A DNA stretch of 64,000 nt from Batkoa obscura (Eukaryota). The stretch covers positions 1,426,001 to 1,490,000 of the forward strand of contig JASVEC010000003.1 in NCBI GenBank assembly GCA_030770535.1. The letters run 5' to 3'. Shown here piece by piece: positions 22,422 to 35,085 of this stretch; within the stretch, counting starts at the first letter, position 1, and each line of letters opens with the position of its first letter. A program made the translations under genes and the position numbers. The notes under the pieces were generated by a model. That model saw only the letters and a program-made list of their open reading frames with translations, ran no database searches and was not told the DNA's origin.

Positions 22422-23869
22422 ATGCTTAAATTGGGAGATTTACCAGATTTTATTTTATTACAAATATTTAATTTAGTTGATCCAGATGATTTATTTGATC
22501 TTTGTTTTTTGAATAAATTTCTTCGTAGCCGTATTTACTATATGGGGATGTATTTTTGTGTTTAAGAATTATACTAACGATTTTTCCGCTCAAATAGCGC
22601 TTAAAAGAGAAAAAATAATGAAACCAAAAAAGACACCCCCATATAATATATAACAACCTATGCAATTCCGTTTACTTTGATCACAATTACCGCGAACTTC
22701 AAAATAATTTCACAACTATGAATGGGGATAAAATAAGACATTTAATCATGAATAGCAGTGATAATTATCATTATTTAGAGCTATGTTCAAATATTACTAG
22801 TTTATCTATAGGCTTTGAGGGTGGGTTAAAAGAATCAAGTGTATTATTAGCTTCAAAATTATATCCTAGATTAAAAAAGCTTATTATATATATACTCTAT
22901 GGCGAACATGAAGAATTCATGAGTTATTTACCACAATTTAAGCAAATATTAGATGATATTGAATGTCTCAGTATCAATAATATTAGTGGTAGTACCAATG
23001 AGTTTATAAATTATCTCAATCCAAACAATCTTAAATCGTTGAGGTTACATTCAAACTATGATGCTGATTCAAGCACACTAATAAAGATAAAAGACAAACT
23101 ACTATTATTAAAACTATTAATAGTCTCGTACGATAATGATGAAATGAGTTATGGTTTTGATTATTTTACATATTATGATTCTATAAGTAAGCTCATAATT
23201 CGTTTAGATTGTTTGCTAGAGTATTTTAATAAAATGAAAGATCTGTCAACTTATAATGAGGTTTATTTGTATCCATTCAATCATGATGTTGATAAAAGCA
23301 TACTTAATAAGCTAGACAAATATAAAATTCAATGTTTAGGTTATATTAATCCAACAGTGCTTGAAATGATAGATTTAAACTTATTACCAAATTCAAAGAA
23401 AGTGAGTATTCGAGAACATGAAGAATTACATACAGTCTTAAGTTCAATTTGTTTATTGTCAACAATAAAAACTATTGAGTTTTGTTTCGTTGATCTTTAT
23501 CATGAAACAAATATGTTGATTTCTTTTAAGTATTTTGATTTAGATGAAAATGATAATAATAACAATAGTGATTATTATTATAAACAGCCACTAGCTACGA
23601 TTAATCTAATTCAATGTAAATTTGTAAAACATTTAGTGTTTGATAATTGTGGTTTGTCCTTTCAAGGTATTTTGGATGTTTTATGTTCCTTTCCTAATGT
23701 TGAAACAGTTAAACTTTGTTATATTGTTCTTAAAGGATCTGAAAAAGAATTAATATATAAAAACATTAACCCTATTTTAATTCAATTTGATAATGTTTCA
23801 TTTGGACGCAATAAAACTAATATTATTAATAGTTTAAGTAACAATTCATTAGTTACTTTAATAAAATAA
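22422..23869 (+). pseudogene. F-box/LRR-like gene interrupted by a MITE
   Basis: MLKLGDLPDFILLQIFNLV...L..LNKFLR F-box at 22422; removing 22544-22640 plus one ATAT (101 bp) joins it in frame to ORF 22718-23869. Confidence 0.85.
22544..22640 (-). mobile_element. MITE copy with perfect ATAT TSD
   Basis: ATAT|GGGGATG...CACCCCC|ATAT. Confidence 0.95.
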
Positions 23870-24149
23870 TAAGTTTTTTTAGTATTTGATTTCTTTTACT
23901 TTAAATCGTAACAATTTCATTAATGGGTTAGAAAATATAAACGATACTAATAATATGTATAATTAGTGCTATGTGGATAGTAATTGTTATATACCAAAGC
24001 TATCTTAAGCTTCATCTGCTCTAGTCAATAGAAAGTTCAATTCAATTTTTAAAGGAACATCATCTTTCAGGGTGTTAAAGAAACGTCATCATTAGTTTAA
24101 GATAAACTTTTTATCAAAATACTTTAGTTTTTAATCAATTTATATTCAA

Positions 24150-25370
24150 ATGCCCTTAAACTTTACCAGTATATCAAATAATGTATTAGAAGAAACGTTT
24201 AAGCTACTAGAACTTCCTGAGCTATTCAAGCTGAGACTTTTAAATAAGTGTTTATCTAAAGTAGGGAATTTAGCAATTCGAAGCAATTTACTTTATTCCA
24301 GATACAATGAACTTAATTATCGAAAATATCAAACGTTTCAAGCGGAATTTATAAAAGGAAATGAAGAATCAATGAAGCATATCAATATCAATACTAATAA
24401 CTATAAGCTATTATTGGGATGTTCAAATGTAGTATGAACTCATTATTTATTTTTATTAAAAAAGACATATAATTTTAAAGTTCAAATTCAAGGGGAGTTA
24501 TCTTTTATGAGAGAGCTTATAATTCAATGTTATGAATTTTTAAATAAAGTAGAAGTATTTGAAATTTAAGGTAAAAATATGATTGCTAAAGAAATCATTA
24601 AATATCTAAATCAAGAGATATTGAAGAGTTTAATTATATTCTAAAATTCAATTACAGCTTGATGATTTAAATACAATTAAAACTAAATTCACTAAGTTAA
24701 AAGTGTTGCATTTAAAATCTAATAAATTTATTAATACACCAAGAAAACCCAATCCGAAATTCAATTTTAAAGCTAATTTAGAATTAGAGATAAGTAGACG
24801 CTTTGATTCCCTTTAATATTGAAGGTTGAAAATTTAAATCAATTTGAAAGTATCAAATTACTCAATGATGATAATTGTTTATTATTATTATTATTATTGT
24901 GTTATTTCAAAATAGTAATTCAATTACATTAGATCATATATTATTAGAAGCTACCAATTTTGATCTATTAAATTGACAAGTTTAAAGCAGATTTATTTAT
25001 ATAGTTTATCCACTCAATTATTCAAAACTGCTTCCTTAACAAATATTGGAAAAAATTCAACTTAATCTTGTTAGTTTTGATTTAGGAGATGAGGAAGATA
25101 ATGAAATTAATAAAAATCCCTTAATTCCATGTAAACTTATAAAACAAGTTGCTATGAGTTTTTTCAACCCATCAATTGAACAATTCAATTCCTTTTTAGC
25201 TACTTTTCCTGATCTTCAATTATTAGCTTTTAATAATTATCTTATTTTGGATTTAAAAACAAAATTAACTGTTATCTACTTTTTTGTTAATTATTGCTCC
25301 TATTCAACATAAAGCACAATGTTAAATTATTAAAAATAATTCAATGTTAAATTGGATTGAATGTAAAAGT
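24150..25370 (+). pseudogene. Decayed F-box/LRR-like paralog
   Basis: F-box-like start (ISNNVLEETFKLLELPELFKLRLLNK); C-terminal fragment resembles 22718-23869; several stops and frameshifts. Confidence 0.75.
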
Positions 25371-26027
25371 AAGGCTTTTAACTAATTCTAGGTTACTTTA
25401 TAATATTATATATTAATAAATTGTACTTGTTTTTTTAATAAAATATCCTTTACTTACTGTTGGAAAATTCCTGTAATCATACTCAGCCCAATCAAAGGAA
25501 GAGCAGTGGTTTATTTCATGGGAAAGTAATAAACTAAATAAATTCAATGAAGTAAGACAACTTAAGGAGCCCATAAAGGAATTTAAAAAAATCTGACCAT
25601 TTTGTTCCAGCTTTAGATTCTGAAGTGAGTGCCAGAGCATATTTGATTTCGCATTTGAAAAACGGAACCCATTCGAGGAAGATCTATAAAGATGGTGAGC
25701 TGTTGAAATTATTTTTAGTTTAAATAAAAAACAAGATTAGTTTATTAAGGGTGCCTGGATTCCACTATACTAAAAATCATAGTTTATAAAGCAAATCTAA
25801 ATAAAAGACACCATAATAAGCTCAACAAATGAATACTTGGTTATCAGCATTTCTATTTTATAATTTATATAAATACTAAAATAGGATTTCACAACTTCAA
25901 TATTCACATACCATTGATATCGACCATTTAACATTAAGCCATTTAAATCTATTTCAAGCCCAGTACATCTCCAATAAAACTATAAAAATTACTTTTATTT
26001 AACAATCATACTAACATCCCCATAGCT

Positions 26028-26222
26028 TTATACGCAGCTAAATTTATAGCACCTAAATGTATCTAAAACGGGACCTTTTCTCCAATCAGGAAAAACTTGT
26101 AAACATCTAGATCTAAAATTGGAAACTTCAACAGCATCAACTGGAGTAGTGGCTGGAGCAGTAGTGCAGAGTTGGAAACTGAAAGCAGAGATAAGTAGAG
26201 CAGAAACGATTTTATTAAGCAT
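26028..26222 (-). CDS. Small secreted peptide precursor, divergent copy 4 (64 aa, Cys2->Phe)
   Basis: Same signal peptide (MLNKIVSALLISAF) and FRCYKF.C end; same 24-residue core span; candidate 5'UTR intron 26281-26228; TATA at ~26343-26336. Confidence 0.82.
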   Translation of the reverse strand: MLNKIVSALLISAFSFQLCTTAPATTPVDAVEVSNFRSRCLQVFPDWRKGPVLDTFRCYKFSCV

Positions 26223-27320
26223 CGGAACTAAAATTACGAGGTTAGTATTTAGTTGTAAGAGGGTTAATATTTAGAGGTTACCTTTTGTTAAATTAAAGAT
26301 TATTAATAATAATAAATTAATAGCTTAACGATGACTATTTATACTTATTGGATTTTGATTTTTGCCTGAAAAAGCATTTCAATTTATAAATGTAAGTATA
26401 GAAGCCAGTTTTATTCATAAATTATTCTTTAATATAGTACTATCGTGTTTTAGGAATAATGGGCGCAACAAACTTAAATAGATTCTAAATGATATGATTA
26501 TTCAGTTTATTATTAGAACTATAGGAAAAATAAAAAATAAACCCAATGAAATTTAATTACAGTTTAAAATAATGGCTTTGCTTGTTTTTTTATTAATAAA
26601 TTAACTCAGAGCTTATACCTTTATAAAACTATGTATTTATATAGTTAAAATTCTAACTATTGTAAATTATGATGAATAAGATTGGGTTTGACGCTTATTT
26701 ATGGTTCAATTAGATATTGAAAATATCGGTTTATAAAAACAATCTCATAAAAATGAACATAGCTTACATATAGATACTATTGTGTCACTTTTTGATGTAA
26801 AGTTAATTAAATTTTATATATCGTTTGATAAATACAATATCAATGAAATAATAACATTCCATTTCTATTTCGTAAAAATTCAACAAAAAGGACAAGTAAT
26901 TTAAATATGACAACAATTCAAACCACGAATCAAGAAAAATAATAAAATAATAAAATAATAAAATAATAAATAAATTTGGCTTATTTGACCTAAGAAATTC
27001 ATTTTATGAAAAAACTTTAAAGTTATACGTCCTAATTCCTACATAAAAAGTTTCGTTCAGTTTATAGTGATCAAGTTCACTTACATGAATAATTGACCAC
27101 TTTTTGATTGTATCCTTCTATTGAGCTCACTTTTAAAATACTTGCTTCTTTTGTTAGATAAAACTACCTTTGAAGCTGCTAATATTAAAATAGTACGTGA
27201 TTTATGTTTAAAGTTCTTTATATATAACACACATAATGGTTAGTTATATTAAATTTATCCGGTCTATTTTATAATCTCTAAGTAAATTAATTTTTTTAAT
27301 AATTTTCAATAATAACATAT

Positions 27321-27418
27321 GGGGATGTATTTTTTTGTTTAAGAATTTTACTAACAATCTTTCCACTCAAATAGCGCTTAAAAAATGGAAAAAGTGATGA
27401 AGCTAAAAAAAACATCCA
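27321..27418 (-). mobile_element. MITE copy
   Basis: ATAT|GGGGATGTATTTTT; family core. Confidence 0.9.
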
Positions 27419-27551
27419 TATATATATTATTATTAGTTTTGGTTATAATAATTTTATTAAATTAATTATAATATTTACACTTAATATTAATATAATATAA
27501 TATAATATAATTGTATTAAAACAAGTTAAACGATTAAAAGTACTGTAATAA

Positions 27552-27663
<112 letters not shown>

Positions 27664-27787
27664 TTAGCATTAAAATCCAATTTATAAAGTTCAATTAGTA
27701 GTGTTAACTATAAAATTACCTATTACTGCGGTAAAAAAATGTTATTTATATATTTATTATGGCTTTTGTATTTAACAAACTTGGTAG

Positions 27788-27860
27788 GCTCCGTTAGCTC
27801 AGTTGGCAGAGCGTGGTGCTAATAACGCTAAGGTCATAGGTTCAAGCCCTATACGGAGCA
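27788..27860 (+). tRNA. tRNA-Ile(AAT)
   Basis: GCTCCGTTAGCTCAGTTGGCAGAGCG...CTAATAA...GTTCAAGCCC...GGAGCA followed by a T-run. Confidence 0.96.
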
Positions 27861-28117
27861 TAATTTTTGACTTTAATTACAAGATCGAATAACTAAATTA
27901 TAGTTTAAACTGTTTTTATTTACAAAGTATCTTTAATATAATCTTATTTTATAAGGTTTTTACAAATTCTGTTTATTAGCAATATTTTATTTTTTATTAG
28001 ATAATTTAAACATTACAATGTTAATTATCAATTACTATAATTATAAACAAGATAATAAATACTAACATAATGTAGCTGATTTTTTTATTTAATTTAAAAT
28101 AATGAATACAATTTCAA

Positions 28118-30850
28118 TTAATTTCCATTTGATCTCTTACCATTTCTCCTTAAACCTTCTGTTTCCAATATCTTTTCAGCTTCCTTTTCCAATTCGGATG
28201 TTCTTCTATAACCATTACGAAGTTGTGGTATTCTACGAACATGAGCTTCTGGAAAGATATCTAGATCATCATTGATTGGTTCATATTGATGCAGATTAAT
28301 AAAACTTTTAGATTGTTTTATTAAATCATTTAATGTTAACTTTTCATTAGAATCTATTGTAATATTCTCATTATAATTTTCAATTTCCTCACTATGATTC
28401 TTTAACAATTGAGATGGTATTGGTAAAGGTAATGTATTATTAAGATAGGGATCAATAGTTAATTTGACATTTTGAGTTTTAAATTTAAAAAAATCTCGAT
28501 CTCCAATATCTTTAAACCTTCTAGTAAATACTTCTCCGGGATCTAATGTTTTCTTTGGAAATAGTTGTTTTATTTTATATTTATTTTGAAGATCCACTTG
28601 TTTTCTATTAACTTCATCATCAGCTGCCCAATCAGCTACATAAGTTAAATCATCTTGTGCTATCATTTCTTTAATATCTTGCTTCTCGAATTCAAGTCTT
28701 TTTGTGCTGTTGATTTGATAATACATTAACCTTTCTTTTGAGTATTGCTCTGCTAATTTTACTGACATATCATATACCTCTTTATTTATAATATTATTGT
28801 CATCTATCGATTCCTTATGTCCTTTATATATCCTATTTTTTCTTTTGTCCATCCTAATTTCATCAATAAATACAGCTTCATCCAATGAATTATCATCAAG
28901 TTCAGCCAAGCGTCGTTGCTTAATACTACTATGCTCAACATCTGAATAAGTGTTAAAGTGAATATCCCTCTTAATTTTATCATTATTGTCACTGTTAATA
29001 TCATTTTTTACTTCATTAGAGCTATCTATTTCATTATCAATCAATTTAACTTGTCCAATTTGTTGAAGTTTTTCTAACTTGTTGTCTTTATTTTTATTCC
29101 ATTCCTTCATTGCCTTATCCAATGAATCCTCCTCCTCTGAATTTATCTCCTCTTGGCTTTTAACTTCATTGATACATTTATTAAAATCAAGTTTTGTTTT
29201 ATTAGTTTTAATACTTACACGTTCAACAATACTAATCCTTGGTTTATTCAATTTTCTAGTTTGGTTTTTCATTAGCCTTCTTCTTTTTTCATAAATACTA
29301 TCATCACTTGAACTTATTGTCTTTTCCTCAAATACAATAGTTTGGTGCATCACGTCCTTATTGTTATTTTCAATATATATTTCTTTTGGTTGAGTTAGAT
29401 TCTGTCCTTGTGTTAATTTATTGGCGGAACTAGACTTAGCATTGTCCTTCGTATTCCCTGTACTTATACTCTTATTTTCAACTAGAGAAATATCTTTTTC
29501 CACAGTGGGTTCTTTGATTTCAGTTAAAGGCTCATTGTGATTTACATTTACACTACTTAATTTATTACTATCCTGGATATGATTAACTGTTTGAATACTT
29601 TTATTTTCCTTTGAATTGATATCATTTACTACACCTTGGGTTAGATTTTCATTACTTGGTCTTTTATTATCTTCAATATTATTAACTGCTTCAATACTTT
29701 TGTTTTCCTTTGAATCGATATTATTTACTTTACTCTGAATCGCATCACTTAATTTGGGTTGAATTGGAATACGTTCTTTAGTTTGAATTGCTCTATTGGT
29801 TCTAGATAGAATCCTATTATTTATTTTAGCTTGGATTGCATTACTTGCTTTGGGTTGAGTCATAACATTTATTTTAGCTTGAAAAGCATTCCCCGTATTA
29901 ACTTGAATTAAATTCCTTGTTTTGGGTTGAGTTATAGTATTTGTTTTGGTCGGAATTACATTAATTACTTTGGGTTGAGTTATTGTGTTTGATTTGAGTG
30001 GAATTATATTACTTACTTTGGGTTGGGCTGCAGTATTTACTTTAGCTTGAATTACATTGTTTGCCTTAGGTTGGTTCATTTCAGCTTGAACTGGATTAAG
30101 TCCTTTAGTTTGAATTGCTTTATTCGCCCTAGATTGAATTGCAATACTTGCTTTATCTTGAATTGGATCAATTAATTTTGCTTGATTTACTCTAGACTTG
30201 CTTGGAGTATTTGTTTTAGCTTGGGCTACTTTAGGCCTATTTGGAGTATTTGTTTTATCCAAAACTGTTTCACTCACTCTAGTATCATTCGTATCACTTT
30301 TTTTATCCTGGATTGGATAGTTTTCTTTATTTTGATTCAAAATTACTGCTTTGCCTTCAATTGGATTATCTGAACTATTTTGCTTTTCAATGTCATCTTT
30401 CTTATTTTCCTTTTCATTTTCATCACTGATATTAATGATTGTAACTTTATTTGCGTCTTCTTGATTATCAATTTCGCTTGTTTTAATTACTTCTACATTT
30501 TTTTTATAGCTGTTAATTGGAGAAGCTGCAAATTCCCTTTTTTGTTTCACACTTGCATTATTGTCATACCTTTTCTCAGTAGACCCAGTTCTTTTATTAT
30601 AATCACTGTTATTATCTATCTTAATTTCCTTATTTTCTCGTAGCCATTTACCCCACATACTCAAAACAGTCCTCTTTCTTTGAGTTTCATCTAATCCATC
30701 ATTTTGTTTTAAAGAAACATAAAGTGCCATCATATTTTTTCTAAACGAATGTTTATCCAACTTTAATAAATCTCTCCCTTTTATTTTATCATCCATGCTC
30801 GAAGGTTGACTTGTTTTAAATAGATTGTAAGTTCCTTTTTTACCCTCCAT
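28118..30850 (-). CDS. Orphan 910-aa low-complexity protein with degenerate ~11-aa repeats
   Basis: Long intact ORF in very AT-rich DNA; QPK/QAK/QTK periodic segment; N- and C-terminal motifs shared with 11013-12106. Confidence 0.85.
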   Translation of the reverse strand: MEGKKGTYNLFKTSQPSSMDDKIKGRDLLKLDKHSFRKNMMALYVSLKQNDGLDETQRKRTVLSMWGKWLRENKEIKIDNNSDYNKRTGSTEKRYDNNASVKQKREFAASPINSYKKNVEVIKTSEIDNQEDANKVTIINISDENEKENKKDDIEKQNSSDNPIEGKAVILNQNKENYPIQDKKSDTNDTRVSETVLDKTNTPNRPKVAQAKTNTPSKSRVNQAKLIDPIQDKASIAIQSRANKAIQTKGLNPVQAEMNQPKANNVIQAKVNTAAQPKVSNIIPLKSNTITQPKVINVIPTKTNTITQPKTRNLIQVNTGNAFQAKINVMTQPKASNAIQAKINNRILSRTNRAIQTKERIPIQPKLSDAIQSKVNNIDSKENKSIEAVNNIEDNKRPSNENLTQGVVNDINSKENKSIQTVNHIQDSNKLSSVNVNHNEPLTEIKEPTVEKDISLVENKSISTGNTKDNAKSSSANKLTQGQNLTQPKEIYIENNNKDVMHQTIVFEEKTISSSDDSIYEKRRRLMKNQTRKLNKPRISIVERVSIKTNKTKLDFNKCINEVKSQEEINSEEEDSLDKAMKEWNKNKDNKLEKLQQIGQVKLIDNEIDSSNEVKNDINSDNNDKIKRDIHFNTYSDVEHSSIKQRRLAELDDNSLDEAVFIDEIRMDKRKNRIYKGHKESIDDNNIINKEVYDMSVKLAEQYSKERLMYYQINSTKRLEFEKQDIKEMIAQDDLTYVADWAADDEVNRKQVDLQNKYKIKQLFPKKTLDPGEVFTRRFKDIGDRDFFKFKTQNVKLTIDPYLNNTLPLPIPSQLLKNHSEEIENYNENITIDSNEKLTLNDLIKQSKSFINLHQYEPINDDLDIFPEAHVRRIPQLRNGYRRTSELEKEAEKILETEGLRRNGKRSNGN

Positions 30851-31639
30851 TGTTGTAATTTTAAGAAAAATGATTATGATCCCTTTTTGCTTTCATGTTT
30901 ATTTGATCAATTTTAATTGGTTGGCAGTAATCAATGAAAAGTTGAATATTTTTTCGTTTGGGTAAGAGCGACTTATCTCAATTATTATATCAATTGACTG
31001 TTTTTAAATAAAACTTTCTCCAAAAGCTCATAATAGGGATAAAGCTTCTTCTTTATTATAATGCGTATTTTATATTGTGTTTTATCTCAATAAACACAAC
31101 CTTGAAAAGACATATTTTTAAAAAAAGGTTTGCAACGACTCATTAACATTGAGTGGAAATTTACTTGAAGCACAATATTAATAATTTTATAAAAGCCTTT
31201 ATAAAATTATCCAGAGGTAAGCTTTAAAGTACCATTGATAACAATATTATCTCAAAGTTATATTATTACAAAGCACTATTGTTATTTGCAAAAATCTGAG
31301 CTAACAACTTATAGTTAATAAAATTGAATCATCTCAGCTTAAAAAAAACATAGCAATTAAAATAGTGGTTGGTGAAACCTTTTTGAATTTCATTTAATTG
31401 TTAATTTTTTAAACAATAAAGACATGACCAATATTACAAAGATTAAAATATAGATGTTAATTTTTTTACTTTTTAAAAAAATATTTAAACCCGAACTATG
31501 TTTTGTTAATATACGTATTAAAGAATTTTTATTATCTATTGATATTTTTGATGCTAATAAAGATTTTAAAAGCGTGATATCTTTTTATCCCTGAAAGGCT
31601 TACGCCCCAAGTGTTTTATTTATCAAGGCGATGAGGGAT

Positions 31640-32330
31640 GTGCAAATAGCTGACGCTCTAAAAACATTACAATGATAGGATTGTCATGGGAGGGAAATTA
31701 TTTTGTCCAGTACATTCCTACTTTTACGGGATTTCACTAGCCAATGGTGGCACCATCTGGACTCTAACCGTTAGAAGTGATCCCAATCAAGAGAAATAGG
31801 GACTAGTTAGAATCTGTGTTGGTGGGAAGGATGATCAAAATGGAACAAAGTAAAGCTTTGGTGAAAGGTCCATAGGCCCGTTAAGGTAAGTAATAATTAA
31901 TTTACTGAAACGAAGTTCAATGAAAAGTTTTTGAAAGATGTAAAGACTGAAATTTATGTGAGAAAACGGGCTGAAAGAGATCACTCCAGAGAAAATGTGG
32001 CATCACAAACCAGTGGACATAGAGCAATTGGAGAAGCAGCATGAGGGACAATGGCCATCAATAAAACAATGGAGGCGAATGGACAGGGTATCAGTGAATT
32101 TTGAGAGTGTGGTTAGGGGAGTAAAGACATTATACATTAGACGCCACATAATAACTGAAGGTTTAAGGATAATATTTTTACTAAGAGAAATATATCATAA
32201 GGCTAATAGGAAATGTTGGAGGAGGTATGGATATATTATACTGACCTTTGTCAGTTGAACAATCTAAGAAGTCTTCAAAGGGAAAGTGAGTAGGTGAGTA
32301 GATATATTTTTTAAGGATAAGAAGTAACAA
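31640..32330 (-). mobile_element. Probable relic of a non-LTR retrotransposon 3' region (zf-RVT-like)
   Basis: GC-richer island; minus strand reads IMWRLMYNVFTP...HCPSC and, after a frameshift, HFLW; boundaries approximate. Confidence 0.4.
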
Positions 32331-32806
32331 TTTACATAGTGACCAAAAAATTCACCAACTTTTTTCATAATGAAAAAAAGCGATCTTTGTAAAAAAACTA
32401 AGGCTTTAAATCTACTATAAGCTTAGTTATAGCATTGTCTTTCTCTTTACTATCTAGCTATTTTTAATAGACCTTACTTGTTTAATATAAATTGATTGTT
32501 TAAGATTATGTATATGAAATAAAAAAGAATAATAACAGTTTAACAAAATGAAATTTTACATACCTTGGGACATTAAGTAGGATATACTACAAGCTATAGC
32601 ACAATAAGAAGATATTTACCAACTTTTACTAGCACAGTTTCAAAGCTATATGTCTAATAATCTAAGCATCAAGAAGCTTATTAAATAGTGAAACTTCGTC
32701 TTGGATTGAGAATAACCCAAGTTATTATGGACTAATAACAAATCTTAATATAATTTAAAAAATAATTGCTGTATTTGGAATGAAAGAATAATCAAAATCA
32801 TCAGTT

Positions 32807-32902
32807 AGGGGTGTTTTTTTTGGCTTCATCACTTTTTCCATCTTTTAAGCGCTATTTGAGCGGAAAAATTGTTAGAACTCTTAAACACAAAAATACATCC
32901 TC
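32807..32902 (+). mobile_element. MITE copy with AGTT TSD
   Basis: AGTT|AGGGGTG...CATCCTC|AGTT. Confidence 0.9.
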
Positions 32903-33236
32903 AGTTATTTATTTACATTAGTGGAACATTTGATTTATTGTAATAAAGAGGTGACTTAGCCATGCCAGTAATCTTATTCAAACTTAGTATACATTAAAAA
33001 TAAAAATAAAAATAATGTTATTGTATAGGCGTAAAGATCAAATTTATACTTTTGACAAAAAATCATAAGTGTTTACTAAGAGTAAAAGTATAATAAACTA
33101 ATGGACTTAATCTCTGCTTTTTATAAATGTTACTAAAAATAATTACCAACTCTAAAACCACTTTTTATAATTTGATTTAAAGTATTTGCTAGAACTATAT
33201 AAATAATTAATAAAATATAGCAATTCTAAAATCAAA

Positions 33237-34748
33237 ATGTTTTTATTAATTTTTCATTTTTTATTCTATGTAATCAACTGCCAACTACCACGAATGACCT
33301 TTGGAGGATGTACAATAGCAGATGATGAAATTTATTGTTTAGGTGGTGAAGTGTATTTACCACAATTGAAGGAAATGATTAAATACAATAACAAAATATT
33401 TAATTTAAATTTAAAAGAAGACGTTAAACTAGAAGGAGGGATAGCGCCGTGGAAAGTATATAATTCAACGAATGATATATTAGAGATGTATTCACAATCT
33501 TGCTTTTATGTTAAAAAAAGAAGGAGTATTATTAACTTTTATGTTAGTTATAAAAAACAGTTTCTAATAAGTTATTATGATATTGAGCAGAATAAATGGT
33601 ATACTCAAGATAAAACAAATGAAATTTTGAAGATAAGTAAAATTCATCAACTTTTTAAAGGTAATGAATTTTATATCAATGTTATACAAAGTGTTTCGGA
33701 CCCCAACCAATTCTATATCACTTTATATATTTATGATGATAATATTTTAACTATGACCCCTTTACCATTATTTTTATTTGATAATGAGCTAGACAGCTTT
33801 AGAATATTAACAACTAAGTTACCAGCAATAGCTGAGCATAAGATGTTTCTATTAAATGAGAAACTTTACTACTTTGGTTCCAAAGTAATTGATAACACAT
33901 ACATTGAAGTCAATTACAGTGTTTTATATGAAATGGATTTGATGAATTACGATATAAAGTCGCATGATTTGAAAAATAATAAGATTTTAGGGGAGGAGGA
34001 TGCTAAAATAGTAATAGGGGATCAATTGGTATACTTTATAACTACTCCATCTAATAAAACAAGTTCTATTTATGAATTAGACTTAAATCAAAACAAGTTT
34101 ATTGAAAAGAAAATCGATTATAAAATAGCTAAAGGAGGGGACATACTTTATTATAATCGTTTTATTATCAATTCTTTTGGTTATGAAAGTAATGAATCAG
34201 ATAGCTCGGATAAAACCCAATTAATTAATACGAACACCTGGGAATTGGATGGTATTTTACCAGCATTAGTTAAAAATAAAAGAGAAGAACCAATTGAAGA
34301 CAGTAATGACAATGATTATAACAAGAAAGTGTTAATTGGAGGAATAGTGGGTGGCTTGATTGGAACTATTATGATATTACTTATACCTTTTATAATATTT
34401 TATAGACATAGATTAAAGAAAAAGCAGTTACCTAAACCTTTAACTGACCACATTTTTATTAATCCAACAAGTCCTTTATCTAATAACCATAAAAATAATG
34501 AGCTTGTATTTTATCACTCTTCCATTTCAACTGATTCTGTACAGTTAAAAAATATCAATAAAGAATCGAAGGATATTATGCTATTAGAAGGGTATGAGTA
34601 TATCAATCAAGCAATTGAAACTGATAATAGAAATAATAATAGAAATAATAATAGAAATAATAATAATCCAGTAGATTCTTGTAGGAATAAAACCAAAGTA
34701 AATAATGGAGGAAAATCACAAAATAATGAAAATACACTAACATTTTGA
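33237..34748 (+). CDS. Type I membrane protein with kelch/beta-propeller-like ectodomain
   Basis: Signal peptide; IYCLGG and LYYFG blades; TM IGGIVGGLIGTIMILLIPFIIFY followed by RHRLKKK. Confidence 0.8.
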   Translation: MFLLIFHFLFYVINCQLPRMTFGGCTIADDEIYCLGGEVYLPQLKEMIKYNNKIFNLNLKEDVKLEGGIAPWKVYNSTNDILEMYSQSCFYVKKRRSIINFYVSYKKQFLISYYDIEQNKWYTQDKTNEILKISKIHQLFKGNEFYINVIQSVSDPNQFYITLYIYDDNILTMTPLPLFLFDNELDSFRILTTKLPAIAEHKMFLLNEKLYYFGSKVIDNTYIEVNYSVLYEMDLMNYDIKSHDLKNNKILGEEDAKIVIGDQLVYFITTPSNKTSSIYELDLNQNKFIEKKIDYKIAKGGDILYYNRFIINSFGYESNESDSSDKTQLINTNTWELDGILPALVKNKREEPIEDSNDNDYNKKVLIGGIVGGLIGTIMILLIPFIIFYRHRLKKKQLPKPLTDHIFINPTSPLSNNHKNNELVFYHSSISTDSVQLKNINKESKDIMLLEGYEYINQAIETDNRNNNRNNNRNNNNPVDSCRNKTKVNNGGKSQNNENTLTF

Positions 34749-35085
34749 TTAATGAAATTCATTAAATAAACATCAATTACAATCTGATTTTTATTATTGT
34801 TATCTTTAAAAAATTAATAATTGTTTAAAATAATTCTTAGATTTTACAAAGAAACAAAAGATAAAAAATTTATCATCTTAAATACTGTATTAATTATACA
34901 CTTATTTTACTTATTTGTAGTATTAAACGTAACTATTATTTAATATATATAATCTCTTTGTAGCGTTTCAACGCCTATTATACGCTTTAAATAAACTATA
35001 AAGTCATTACAATACCCATTAAATATTTTACCATTTATAAAAAAGTATAGTTTCATTAAAACAAAAATAACAAATACTTTTTTTA

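Noticed and set aside
22468..22665. 65-aa minus-strand ORF
   Set aside because: Spans the MITE and the antisense of the F-box; spurious
14151..26222. Peptide genes as a RiPP (dikaritin/KEP/borosin) cluster
   Set aside because: No repeated cores, no KR sites and no tailoring enzymes nearby; neighbours are galactokinase and F-box genes
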